Source of the DNA: Octopus sinensis
Taxonomy: Eukaryota
Direction: 5' to 3'
Length of the DNA: 64,000 nucleotides
Assembly: GCF_006345805.1 (NCBI RefSeq)
Contig: NC_043000.1
Coordinates: 139,066,001-139,130,000, forward strand
The notes under the pieces were generated by a model that was given only the letters and a program-made list of their open reading frames with translations, was not told the origin of the DNA and ran no database searches. Each line of letters starts with the position of its first letter. Position 1 is the stretch's first letter. The translations under genes were made by a program, and so were the position numbers. Positions 1 through 12,036 of this stretch are shown piece by piece.

Positions 1-120
1 CCCCCACCACATTCCCTACTGCATTCATTACCTCTTCCTCTAGTTTTCTATAGCCTCAACCATCCTTGATTCATTGAAGATCTGCATAATGATACCTCCT
101 TTATTATTATAGTATATCTA

Positions 121-185
121 TTATAGAAGATATACATACATACATATACATACATACATATACATACATACATACATACATACAT

Positions 186-240
<55 letters not shown>

Positions 241-288
241 CATACATACATATATATATATATACGTGTGTGTGTGAGTGTGTATGTA
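121..288. repeat. Compound microsatellite (TACA)n/(TA)n/(TG)n
   Basis: Direct reading; explains the I/Y/M/C/V-rich ORFs 48..329 and 121..333. Confidence 0.95.
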
Positions 289-300
289 TATATTAATTCT

Positions 301-536
301 TGGTAGGGACACCATATTTCGTTTTGCAACCATAATATACTACCAAGTATATTAAAGGTTAATAAATCAATATTGAGTCCTACTTCTGTGTTAGCAGTGG
401 GGTATAATTATTTTTACGTTTATCTCTACAGATTTTCTATAGAATTTAGAGTCAAAACTGAAAGTTACAACTTAGAAACCTTTAATTTCTTTGGTAGTAT
501 GTTATTGATGCAAAACGAAATAGGTTGTCCCTACCA
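301..536. mobile_element. Degenerate MITE with ~47-bp imperfect TIRs
   Basis: tggtagggacaccatatttcgttttgcaaccataatatactaccaag (301-347) vs reverse complement ttggtagtatgttattgatgcaaaacgaaataggttgtccctacca (ending 536); no clean TSD found. Confidence 0.7.
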
Positions 537-837
537 GCAATTCATATGAAAATAACTGTTGCCAATATGTGTTCAATATGTGAATTGGTCTACCCATTAG
601 TGTCACAGCAGTTGACTTAGTGGGTATTTAATTTAGTGGAGAGTTAACGGAGTGGGCATGGTGTTGAAGAAGGAGCAATAAGTTTTGAAATAGGCATCTA
701 CATCTCTTATCGATTTTTTCTGTCTTTGATCACATTGTTTACATAGACATATAAGAAAAATAAATTTCTGTGGTGGCTCTAAAGTCTATATAAAACTTGT
801 GGGAATAAAATTTTAAAATATATGCATGTTTTTAGTA

Positions 838-869
<32 letters not shown>

Positions 870-870
<1 letters not shown>

Positions 871-1213
871 AACAAAACACCCCCATCCAATGGACGATGC
901 TGAGTTGTCAAACATTTAAACCAAATTTTCTCAAAACAACTTGTCTGACCGTCCCATAGGCCTCCCCTTTGAGAAACGACACCAGCAAAAGACAGATTTT
1001 AACTGATGTACTTGCACGTACAAATGCACGTTCCCACGGCTTTATCGATCGCATTCTCACCTGGAATCAATTTTTGTAATGTTTTCGAAACTTATATGTG
1101 CCCTTATACTGTCAGCATCTACATATCAAATTTGAGCACAATCGGATGGAGGATGCCCAAGATCCTAGAAGACACACACACACAGACAGACAGAATGGAT
1201 TTTATATAATAGA
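870..1213 (-). mobile_element. Probable non-autonomous Helitron-like element (5' end visible)
   Basis: Minus strand starts A|TCTATTATATAAAA followed by a (CTGT)/(GT) tract, like the Helitron 5' ends at 22481 and 58467; 3' CTAG end not found, so the left boundary is uncertain. Confidence 0.45.
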
Positions 1214-3413
1214 TAGTTAAGAAGAATGATGGAAACTGATGTCAAAAGAACTAGTGGATGGGAAGGATCGAGAGATCCATACATAAAGATGATGGAAGAG
1301 AAAAAGGACAAGAGATTTTGTGAGGCAGAATGAAAATGATACAACAAAATGAAGCCTGCAACGTAATCCTTGCTTTACCTGTGAAGATGGGTTAAGACAC
1401 TTATTGTTGGTGTTTGTTGCAAGGAAGAAATAAAAGTGATTGGCTTATTAACATAAACTGTTTTCTTTCCTGTTTTTGGTGTGGAAGGTTGTGGTACAGA
1501 GCCTGTGGGATTTTAAAATCTTTTTTAAATAGATGTAAGTGTGTAGCTAACATATTTATGGATATATAGAAATAGAAGGTATTTGTGGAGAAAATAAGCA
1601 TTTTTATGAAAAAGAAAAATATTTCCCTGATTAAATAAGCTGGATAATTTGTTTTTACAGACATGAAAGTATTTACTTTGTTTATTTATCTATTTATTTA
1701 ATTCTTTGTTGGCTGATTGGTTTATTGACTTCTTGGGGAAAAAACTAAGGAAAAAAAAAATGTTTTTAATATCAGTTTATTGAATATATTTTCACTTTCA
1801 ATAAACACATAAGTATGCACAAACCCACCCATGTAATAGATAGAGAGGTAGATCAATATAGATATGTGTGGGTATATATAGGTATGTTTGTCTATTAGTG
1901 TGTGTGTGTAGACCATGAAAGTGATTTATTGCAAGATTTATGTGCCAGTTGAATGGTCAAGCACTTGGTGAATATTGAAAGTCTAAGGAATAACTTGGTA
2001 AAAGGCACAGTTGAATAATTGTATGTTGAGGAATGAGATGGAATACAGTAATGAAATGGGAATGGTTGTGATGGTTGCTTATTTTCTTTGCCTTCCTCTT
2101 CTTCATATACTTCTCTTCTTTTCCTACTGTTGCTTCTTGTGGTAGTGGTAGTAGTAGTAGTATTGTTGGTGGTGGTAGTTGTCATTATTGTCGTTGTATC
2201 TAAATCAGTACTGATCAAGCAGAATAAACCATAAGTGTAGCCAATTGAACAACTTCAGATATATTGTCCATTTCTGTTTCTTTTTGCTTTATATTTTTAT
2301 TGCTTGCTTGTTTTTCTATTTTTATTTTCACCACTATAAATGGTAATTATTCAATCAGTCTCTTTAGGATGAAAGGAAAGTTCCAATTCAACAGGAATTG
2401 AACTCAGAATTCTACATTACTGAATAGGTCATCAAATATATATAGCCTAAACTGCCTTGAATTTCGTGATCTATAGGGACTTACAATTTTTTTTTCCACT
2501 CTTTCAAAGAAGAGCTATAATAAAAATACACAAGATTGATCAGTTTTTGTCTTTTGTATTTCTACTTTCACCAACTTTTGATTGGTATAGTCACTAATCA
2601 CCTGAAGGTAACATACAAAAACACTCACTCACATAAATACAGATTTTTCATATATTTCATACTTTATAAGAATGGAGAAAAAAAAATTATATAATTCCTC
2701 AATTTTTTCCTAACTTCTACAAATAAATTTTGATGTTTGTAACTATTTGGTGCAGAAATTTTCTTTTTTCAATTATTTTATAGAATATTCGAGTACAATT
2801 GTCTTCAATATTTGTCATGTACAGATATTGACACACAAACACAGACACATAAATAAACATCTCTCCCCCACTCTCTTTCTCTTTCTGAGTGTATGTTTGT
2901 ATATATTGTGTATATGCATGCATATAAGTAGATATATTTTTGTGTGCATGTGCATTTTTTTTCTTTCTTTTACGATTCTTTGAATTCGAATAAAGAAGAT
3001 GGTAGTTTGTAGCTAAGAAACAAAGCTCTATTATTTGAATGTAGATATCAATAGAAGAAGACAATTTTTTATGATGATACTGAGTTTTAAAAAAGTTTTG
3101 CATACTTTCACAGTTCTGCTTTTTTATATTCATATATCATGCATTTATAAAAAAAAAAATGGAAAAAAGAGCATTATAGGTTTCCAGTCAACCAAGCACT
3201 GTTCACTGCTTACAGATTGAATTTGAAGAATGCATGCTCTATGTTTTCTTTCCTTCTTTCTTTATTTCTTTTATAGTTTGTTTGTTTCTTTTTATTAATT
3301 TAGTTTAGAGTTCGTTTCAGGTTTCAAAGCAATTGTCTTTGGCTGACCTCATTCTCATTGATTCTGAATAAAATTTTCACATCTACTGGACAGTAAATAA
3401 CATATATACACAG

Positions 3414-3458
<45 letters not shown>

Positions 3459-3711
3459 AATAATCCATATTTTTATTGCTTTTCCTTTTGTCTTGCTCAA
3501 TTACGTTTTGGTTGTTTTGCTAAATTTTTCTTGAGAACATTTCTTAGTGGTAAGACCATAGCGGATCTATTTCTAGCATAAGGGTGTCCACATAGTGGTT
3601 TCCCTCGAATACTGTCCCTCTCGCGTCTAACCACTGTCCAAAGTCTGGACGCCATGATAGAACGCTAGCTCCTACATGCATTTTTTTCTCTCCTTGTTTT
3701 TTTTCTGTGCA

Positions 3712-3749
3712 TCTTTCTGTCGAAGAGCGTAGGCTCGAAACGTAAAAGA
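3712..3749 (+). ncRNA. Minimal type I hammerhead-like motif, core CUGUCGA
   Basis: TCTTT-CTGTCGA-A-GAGC(gtag)GCTC-GAAA-CG-TA-AAAGA: stem I TCTTT/AAAGA, 4-bp stem II, palindromic ACGT stem III, GUA site. Confidence 0.6.
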
Positions 3750-3864
3750 CTTTTTCTATTTCTATTCCTGAGCGCTATACTAATACATTTGTTTGTTTGT
3801 AATCCACCTGCCTTTGTCTTTTGTTTATTTTCGTAAACCTTCCCGTTATATATATATATATATT

Positions 3865-3897
3865 CTGTCGAAGAGCGTAGGCTTGAAACGTAAAAGA
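3865..3897 (+). ncRNA. Second tandem hammerhead-like motif (stem I 5' strand eroded by TA repeat)
   Basis: CTGTCGA-A-GAGC(gtag)GCTT-GAAA-CG-TA-AAAGA. Confidence 0.5.
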
Positions 3898-4188
3898 CTT
3901 TTTCTCTTTCTATTTCTTAGCACTATACTAATACATTTGTTTGTTTGTACTCCACCTGCCTTCATCTTTTGTTTATTTTCGTAAACCTGCCCATTTTATA
4001 TATATATATATATATTTGTCCTGAACAGATATATTATAGGCCTGTTCTGTTTGCATTTGGTAGAAGTTTTTGATGGGAATGTTTCACCAATATTCCATGT
4101 GTAATTTTACCAAATATCAGAAATAGTTTAAATAATTTCTCCTAAAGCAGTTCTTATTACTAATGGATGGCATTGTATAATGTTTTAG

Positions 4189-4213
4189 GAACATTATCAT
4201 GGCACAGAGGAAG
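4189..4213 (+). CDS. Speculative micro-exon (EHYHGTEE+G, phase 0 to 1)
   Basis: tgttttag|...|gtaatg splice signals only; no homology recognised. Confidence 0.15.
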
Positions 4214-4267
4214 GTAATGGAAGATACCGCACATCCTGATCCCAAATATAATATTTCCCATATATAT

Positions 4268-4278
4268 CCACCACCACC

Positions 4279-4312
<34 letters not shown>

Positions 4313-4388
4313 TCATCACCGTCGCCATCATCATCATCATCATCACCATCATCATCATCACCGTCATCATCATCATCATTATCCTCAC

Positions 4389-4429
<41 letters not shown>

Positions 4430-4443
4430 CCACCACCACCACC

Positions 4444-4491
<48 letters not shown>

Positions 4492-4510
4492 GTCGTCGTC
4501 ATCATCATCA
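4268..4510. repeat. (CAC)n/(CAT)n compound trinucleotide repeat
   Basis: Direct reading; source of the poly-D/G, poly-M/V and poly-S/P ORFs. Confidence 0.95.
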
Positions 4511-4724
4511 TTTTTGGTTACATCTTTGGAGTCTAAATGTGTCATTGTCTCTGCTTCAACATGTATTAAACATGATTAAATCTTGATTTTAGAATGCATT
4601 ACCTTGAAATATAAACATGTATTGATCAAGAGGCCAAGAGAAGCAACTTTGCTTTTAATATTTGTATCATTCTGAAAACTTTAGAAAATATAGATATGCA
4701 TACCCTTTTGTCTTTTTGATGCAG

Positions 4725-4760
4725 TCCAGTCAGGTGTTCCAGGTGCTAGCATTAATACAG
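4725..4760 (+). CDS. Speculative 36-nt symmetric micro-exon (xQSGVPGASINT, phase 1-1)
   Basis: ccttttgtctttttgatgcag| acceptor, ACAG|gtactg donor, open frame; no homology recognised. Confidence 0.2.
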
Positions 4761-4909
4761 GTACTGAAACTACAATATTGCATTGTACCTGAGATCGCTT
4801 AGGAGAGGAGATATTGATGAATTGCATGATTTGTAAGTAATTCACTAACAACTCCTAAGATTTTGCTCTTTTCATATTATCATAGTTGTTTATTCCTTAT
4901 TGTTGTTGT

Positions 4910-4910
<1 letters not shown>

Positions 4911-4952
<42 letters not shown>

Positions 4953-4976
4953 TAATAATAATAATAATAATAATAA
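4911..4976. repeat. (TAA)n tract, 5' flank of the R4-like element
   Basis: Direct reading. Confidence 0.95.
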
Positions 4977-7900
4977 AGATTACACTGGGGGACGTTTAAG
5001 ATGTAAGAAGGAAAATACAGAGCTCCGAAATCTATCCACAAACATCGAAAACAAGGACATCCTATGGAGCCAAAGATTTACTAACAAAGAATTGGACTGT
5101 ATCCGAGTAAGTAATACTAATTGAAATTTATTACTATTTTCGAAACAAAATGATGTATTTTGACTCGATATCATCTCCACCTCTAACACAACACATGTAA
5201 ACATGTGTGGAACATCACGATCATCCCCGACCCCAAACACCATGTACAAAGGAAACTACGAAGAAAAAGAAATTAAATGCCACCGATACTATTCAACCCA
5301 AGAATAACAATCGAGCGGTATGTACATTAAACTTACAACAAAATATGTACGAAAAACTACACGTGCAAAATAATGTGACAACAGAAATTAACGGACCGGT
5401 ACCCTACGAAAATGACAACCGTCAAAATAATGGGCCGGACGTTGTACCTCATGTCCTGCAAATAAAACCCAAAAGACGTAAATGGACACGTGAGGAATAC
5501 ATTTCTATCTTACACGCATACTTCACAGCAGTGCTCTACCCAAAAAATGAAAATACAACAACACATACATATAAAATATGGAAGGAAAATAATAGAGATA
5601 TAGACTTGGATACAGCAATGAACCTTAATAAATTAGCTAACGTACGAAGATACATTCTCAACACAAAAAAAAAAAATATCAGAAATAGAAATAGAACATC
5701 TAAAAGGAAAAATACACCAGGAAAATGTAGATAGAAGCCACACAACAATGCCCAATAATATAAACACTGAAACTGTAATACACGAAGACAAATGCAATAT
5801 TCCCAACAAACACGATGTAAACAACGAAGGGGAGCCTAATGATTATGATAATATAAAAAATAAAATAATCAAAGAACTGAAAACCACAGAGCCAAAAATG
5901 GAACCACCGACCATACCTCCCAAGAATCAAAATAAACGAAATAACAACACCAATTATAAACAGAATAAACCTAACCGTCACGGAACTAATAGCCACTGAA
6001 AAAAAAAAAGTGATATCACTGAGCTAAATGACTTAATATACGCAGCAGCCACTGCAGCCACAAAAGAAGCTGGATACTCACTCAAACCCGCCCAAACAGG
6101 AGTACCACCACCCAAACAAACCCTGCGGATAAACAACATCCAAAACAAAATTAAAAAAATTAGAAAAGACCTGTCGATTCTTAATGAAATCAGCAAACAA
6201 TCAACGCTACTGAGCAACAAAAAGAAAACAAAAATACTCCGCAAATATAACATCACAGAGAAAGATTTGCCTGAGATAAAAGAAAAACTGAAGCAAGATA
6301 TCATTGCCAAAGCACAAAGGATCCACCGGTACGAGAAACGCCAACGCTTCTTTGAACAAGACAAAAAGTTCAACTCCAACCCCAAAAAGTTCTACCAAGA
6401 ACTGGGCAAAAATAAAATAGAAGTCACTGCAGCACCAACGGCAGAAGAATTGGAAGAATTCTGGTGAGAAATATGGTCGGCGAACGAACAACCAAAAAAA
6501 AGGAGTATCAAAATAACAAACTCGGCATCTGAACAACTTTGGACCCCCATAACAACTGAAGAGGTCACCCAGGCACTGCAAAGACTAAGCAACTGGAAGG
6601 CACCTGGGCATGACAAGATCCCCAACTTCTGGTTGAAATATCAAACAGGAATACACAAAAAGCTGGCTGAAAACTTTAACAACATACTAGCAGAGCCAGA
6701 GACAATGCCTGAATGGCTCACGAAGGGGAAAACCATCTTAATTCCCAAATCAAATGAAACAGCAAAACCAGAAAACTACAGACCAATAACCTGCCTCCCT
6801 ACTATGTTCAAGGCATTTACTGCAGTGATATCGCAAAGGCTGAACAAGCACCTGGACGAAAACAAACTGTTCCCAGAAGAGCAGAAAGGATGCCGCAAAG
6901 GCTCATATGGCTGTAAAGATCAACTATTGATTAATAAAGCCATAACTGAAGACAGCCACAGAAAGAAGAAAGGCCTCAGTATGGCCTGGATTGGCTACAA
7001 AAAGGCGTTTGATAGCATCCCATCCCCCACACATGGATCCTCGAAACACTAGCCATTAACAAAGTAGCACCAACAATCATAAAATTTATAGAGCACTCTA
7101 TGAATAAATGGCAAACAGTCCTACACCTCCAAACAAAAGAGGGACTCATGAAAACCAAAGATCCCCATCAGAAGAGGATATTCCAGGGAGACACGCTCTC
7201 TCCACTCCTTTTCTGCTTGGCACTGTCACCTCTATCTGATATACTAAATAGAACTGGATGCGGATATAAATGTTACGGCAAAACGATCAGCCACCTTTTA
7301 TATATGGATGACCTAAAACTATACGCTGCAAATGACAAACAGCTGGAAACACTATTAAAACAGTTCATGGATTTACCAAAGAAATAGATATGAAATTTGG
7401 ATTAGAAAATGCGCCAAAGTAACCATGAAAAGAGGAAAATTAGTTAAGAGTAACAACATCACACTAGATAAAACCAATGAAATAAAAGAATTAGACCAAA
7501 GCCAAACTTACAATACTTAGGAATCCATGAACTAGATAAGACACAACACACACAAATGAAAGAGAAAATAAAAAAGAATATTATAGACGAGTTAGATCAA
7601 TACTAAAACAGAGCTCAATGCTAAAAACAAGATAATAGGTATCAACACTTTAGCTGTCCCAGTTATAAGTTACAGCTACAATATCCTTAACTGGACACGA
7701 AATGAACTGTCCAAAATAGATAGGAAAACAAGAAAAATACTGACAGGATCTAGGATGCATCACCCAAAATCTGACATAGAAAGACTATATATACAACGTA
7801 TAGAAGGTGGTAGAGGCCTTATACAGCTGGAAAACTACTATAAAATAACCACCATAGGACTGCAAAAATATCTACTTCAGAAGGAAGGAAAACTGATCCA

Positions 7901-8958
7901 GATAGTGGCAAAAACACGAGCAAAACAAAAAACTGTTCTCAGTATTTAAGGAAGCTGACAATACAAACAAGAAATCATACCACCTAATAAACATGAAGAA
8001 GAAGAAGAAGAAGAAGAAGAAGAAGATGAAGAAACAACAAAAGCTATAAAACAAATGAAATCCAAACTAAAAATAGAACAGCAACGAACCATGATAAAAC
8101 GATGGCAAGAAAAGCCCCTTCATAGTAATACTGGACTAAACTAAACGCAAAAGAAATAGAAAAGAAAAATCCCAGCAATGGTTGAGAAGCTCAGGACTCA
8201 AAGCAGAAACAGGGATTTTAATTGCAGCACAAGACCAAAGCCTCCCCACCAGAAATTACCAAAAACATGTAATGAAAAGAAATATTACAAGTAACTGCAG
8301 AATATGTGAAGATGGACAAGAAACAATAAATCATATTATCTCTAGCTCTGCCCAGTCCTGGCTAAGAAGGAATATATTCACAGACATGACAGAGTTGGAA
8401 CCTACATACATTGGAAGTTATGCCAACATTATGGAATAACAACAGAAAAAGATTGTATAGCCACACACCAGAAAAGGTCACAGAAAACGAGAAAGCAACC
8501 ATACTCTGGGATATGCCGATACACACAGATAGAGAAATTAAGGCCAACAGACCAGATATAGTTGTCAGAGATCATGAAGAAAAAAAATGCTTTCTAATTG
8601 ATGTATCAATACCGGCAGATGACAACGTGTCTCTAAAGAAATGGAGAAACTCTCAAAATACAAAGACCTGGAAATAGAGGTAACTAGAATGTGGAATCTG
8701 AAACAGAAACAATTCCTATCATAGTAGGTGCATTAGGCATGATAAAAAAATATTCAGACAAATACATAACAAACACCAGGACTTACAAACACATATAACA
8801 TACAGAAAATTGCACTACTAGGCACTGCACACATCCTACGCAGAACACTTTCCATACAATAACCATCAGAGCATCACAAACAATCACAGCACATACCCAA
8901 GGCACACAGGGCTGCGCTCGGTAGTGAAGAAAAGCACACTATAAAAATAAAAACCTAC
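4977..8958 (+). mobile_element. Near-full-length R4/Dong-like non-LTR retrotransposon (RT + CCHC + restriction-like endonuclease)
   Basis: Fragmented ORF shows KRRKWTREE, NYRPITCLPT, FQGDTLSPLLF, YMDD, HPKSDIERLY..GGRGL, CRIC..ETINHIISS, RPDIVV..LIDVSIP and a LGTAHILRRTL end; flanked by TAA repeats. Confidence 0.9.
5207..8862 (+). pseudogene. Disrupted RT-RLE polyprotein ORF of the R4-like element
   Basis: ORF-track pieces 5207-5734, 5748-5999, 6267-6467, 6633-7052, 7100-7387, 7755-7949, 8182-8439 and 8411-8677 are collinear parts of one protein, broken by frameshifts and an in-frame TGA at 6465-6467; start is approximate. Confidence 0.85.
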
Positions 8959-9636
8959 TAATAATAACAACAATAACATCATCATCATCATCATCATCAT
9001 TGTATTATTACTATTATTATTATTATTATTATTAATTATTATTATTATTATTATATTATTATTATTATCATCATCATCATTGTTTTACTTCTCAGATGGT
9101 TTGGTCCTGTTTGTTCCAGTAGACTCTCTGAGAGTGGACAGCAACCTGCTGTCAGAGGTCTCACAGGGCCTCTTTCTTCTTTAATACTTGGTTGTTAATT
9201 ATCGTGGGAGACATTCAACATCCAAGTACCAATCTCAAAATTCTAGCTGTCTCCAGCAGAGCAGTTTTTTCAGGCTTGCTCAGCTCTTATGTGAATTCCA
9301 ATTTCTTTGAGATATTCCTTGAACTTGGTTGTTAGTGCTCCAAGTGTCCCTACAACTACTGAAATGACAGACACTCTCCTCAGTCCACATTCTTGCAATT
9401 TCATCTTTTAGTACTCTTTACTCTTTTACTGGTTTCAGTCATTTGATTGTGACCATGCTGTAGCACCACCTTTAAGTCGAGCAAATTGACCCCAGGACTT
9501 ATTCTTTGTAAGCCTAGTACTTATTCTATCGGTCTCTTTTGCCAAATGGCTAAGTTACGGGAATGAAAACACACCAGCATCGGTTGTCAAGCAATTTTGG
9601 TGGGGGGACAAACATAGACATACATACATATATGCA

Positions 9637-9955
9637 TATATACTTTATTAAAAAGCAGCAGAAATTCAACAAAACCTGTTACTCTGAGTTTCACGTTCCT
9701 GTTCGTCGGACAGTTTTTGTTAAAATAGAACCGATATGCCAATTCTATCAAGACTAGTATAAACGCAACACCTTTAAAAATGGACTTGTTTGATTGGTCC
9801 TTTCAAATAACGGTTATTTTTGAGTGATAAACAAAAATGAGCTAGGTTTTGTTGAATTTATGCTGCTTTTAAATAAAGCATATTACTCTACCCCTGGTAT
9901 TTGAGTACTCTTTTTTCCACATTGTTTCTCATTTATGTGTTTACTCCGGTATATG
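9637..9955 (-). mobile_element. PLE-derived hairpin element nested in the SINE microsatellite
   Basis: 35-bp inverted arms 9643-9677 and 9844-9878; hammerhead-like motif adjacent to the left arm. Confidence 0.55.
9676..9713 (-). ncRNA. Minimal hammerhead-like motif, core CCGACGA
   Basis: Minus strand CTGT-CCGACGA-AC(aggaac)GT-GAAA-CTC(a)GAG-TA-ACAG. Confidence 0.55.
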
Positions 9956-11170
9956 CATATATATATATATATACGACGGGCTTCTTTCAGTTTCCATCTA
10001 CTAAATCCATTCCCAAGGCTTTGGTCAACCCGAGGCTATAGTAGAAGACACTTGCCCAAGGTGCCATGCAGTGGGACTGAACCTAGAACCATGTTGTTCG
10101 TAAGCAAGCTACTTACCACATAGCCACTCCTATGCCTATAGTCTGTACTTTTCAATTTCTTAAAAATTCTATGTCACCTTTGCGTGCATCTCCAGGTATT
10201 GCAATATCTATGATATTGGTTTCCTTTTTTCCTTCATCTACCACAACAATATCTGATCTCCGAGCCTCAATTAGGGAGTCACAGTGGATTGTAAAATCCC
10301 ACAGTATATTATGCTCCTTGTTCTTGGTGACTCCTTCTGGTTATATGTTCATACCATTTTTGTGCTCCATGCAGGCTGTATGTTTCACATAGCCTCCGGT
10401 AGATGAACTCAACCATGTTATCATGTCTCCTTTTGTAGTACCTTTGGGCCAGTTTGCTCCACTCACACACAATATGTGAGATTGTTTCGTTTCTGCTGCT
10501 ACACATTCTACAAAGGGGCAATTCACTATTCTTGTCTATTTGGGACTTGGTGTAATTAGTTCTCAGAGCTTGTTCCTGTGCGCTGCATATCAATGCCTTA
10601 GTGCATCCTTTCAGATCGCTTTTTCTTAACCATCTTCAAGTGTTGATCTTGTCTTTTCCTTCGATTTCTCTGAGGTATTGCCTATTCAGTAGTTTCATTT
10701 TCCAGTTGTTTATAATTTTTTCTTCATCAAATTGTTTCTTAAATGTTTGTGGGTGCATCGCACTTTCCTTAGGTATTATATTGTTAATTCTAACTGCAGC
10801 AAGCAAGGGTTCATCTGCTGTTTTATGTACCATTCCTGACTGTTCTTCTCGTTGATAACACAGATTTTGGATCCTATGAGGCCTCTTCCACCCCAGTTTC
10901 TAGGCACACACAGTCTGTCAGTCTCACTTTTAGGGCGTAATTACTTGTTAATTGTCATCACTTTTCAAGTTTCCCAGTTCATTTCCTCATGCTCGTTCTT
11001 TGTACTCTAGTTTTCCTGTACACTCCTCAAGCTCGTTCTTGAGGAAATTATTATTATTATTAATATATACTCAACAGATTAGACTGTTGGAAAAGAAAAG
11101 TATCCTAACATTGGGCTACAACAGGTAGCCTTAGATACCAAGAAACCTCCCATTGGGTTACAGCAATTAA

Positions 11171-11220
<50 letters not shown>

Positions 11221-11221
<1 letters not shown>

Positions 11222-11418
11222 AGACGAAGGGCGCAATTTGATTGTAAGATATTTTATTAGTTGAACGATATTTCAACAGTATGTCTGTCTTTGTCAAGTT
11301 CAAAATAAGAAGTGATAAACTAGAGGACAAAGAACAAGCTTGAGGAAATGAAAGACGTACTGTTGAAATATCGTTCAACTAATAAAATATCTTACAATCG
11401 AATCGCGCTCTTCGTCTT
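11221..11418. mobile_element. PLE-derived foldback element with ~67-bp inverted arms
   Basis: aagacgaagggcgcaatttgattgtaagatattttattagttgaacgatatttcaacagta..gtct (11221-11286) vs its reverse complement at 11352-11418; preceded by (TTA)n. Confidence 0.7.
11261..11303 (-). ncRNA. Minimal type I hammerhead-like motif, core UUGACAA (U3-A8 variant)
   Basis: Minus strand TTGAAC-TTGACAA-A-GACAG(acata)CTGTT-GAAA-TA-TC-GTTCAA: 6-bp stem I, 5-bp stem II, palindromic ATAT stem III, AUC site. Confidence 0.65.
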
Positions 11419-11479
11419 GACTGTTTACCTCTGTGAAGAGTTACGTCAATCCTTTTTAAAATATATTATTATTATTATT

Positions 11480-12036
11480 CAGTAGTTTTATTTTTATAGC
11501 GTGCTTTCACTTCCCTACCAAGCACAACTCTGTGTGCCTTGGGTATGTGCTGTGATTTGTTGTGATGCTCTGATGGTTACTGTATTGAAAGTGTTTTGTG
11601 TAGGATGTGCGCAGTGCCCAGTAGTGCAATCTTCTGTATGTGATATATATTTGTAAGTCCTGGTGTTTTTGTTATGTATTTATCTGAATATTTTTTTATC
11701 ATACCTAATGTGCCTACTATGATAGGAATTGTTTCTGTTTTTAGATTCCACTGTCGATTTACCTCTATTTCCAGGTCTTTGTATTTTGAAAGTTTCTCCA
11801 TTTCTTTTAGAGAAATGTTGTCATCTGTTAGTATTTTTTTCTTCATGATCTCTGAGAACTATATCTGGCCTATTGGCCTTAATTTCTCTATCTATGTGTA
11901 TTGGCATATCCCAGAGTATGGTTGCTTTCTCGTTTTCTGAGACTTTTTCTCGTGTGTGCCTATACCATTGTTTTTCTGTTGTTATTCCATAGTGTTGGCA
12001 TAGCTTCCAGTGTATGTAGGTCCCAACTCTGTCGTG
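11480..12036 (-). mobile_element. 5'-truncated copy of the same R4-like family as 4977-8958
   Basis: Matches approx. 8384-8958 (KEMEKLSKYKDLEIEV..LGTAHIL..LSIQ plus 3' UTR); TAA tracts on both sides. Confidence 0.9.

Larger units (their letters stand above)
3540..3990 (+). mobile_element. Penelope-like (PLE)-derived repeat with two tandem ~148-bp units
   Basis: Units starting 3717 and 3865 are near-identical (ctgtcgaagagcgtaggct[c/t]gaaacgtaaaagac...ttcgtaaacc), each ending in (TA)n; PLE assignment is inferred from the hammerhead-like motif and tandem layout. Confidence 0.6.
9412..10140 (-). mobile_element. tRNA-derived CORE-like SINE (family A) carrying an internal PLE-derived insert
   Basis: Head ataggcataggagtggctatgtgg..ggttcagtccc, accttgggcaagtgtc core, (gagtaaa)n tail. 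Confidence 0.85.
9075..11046 (-). mobile_element. 5'-truncated R4-like LINE, second family, interrupted by a SINE at 9412-10140
   Basis: Minus-strand peptides ICSAQEQALRTNY, CRMCSSRNETISHIVCE..KRRHDN and VVVGTLG..KTALLETARILRLVL; TTA tracts at both ends. Confidence 0.8.
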
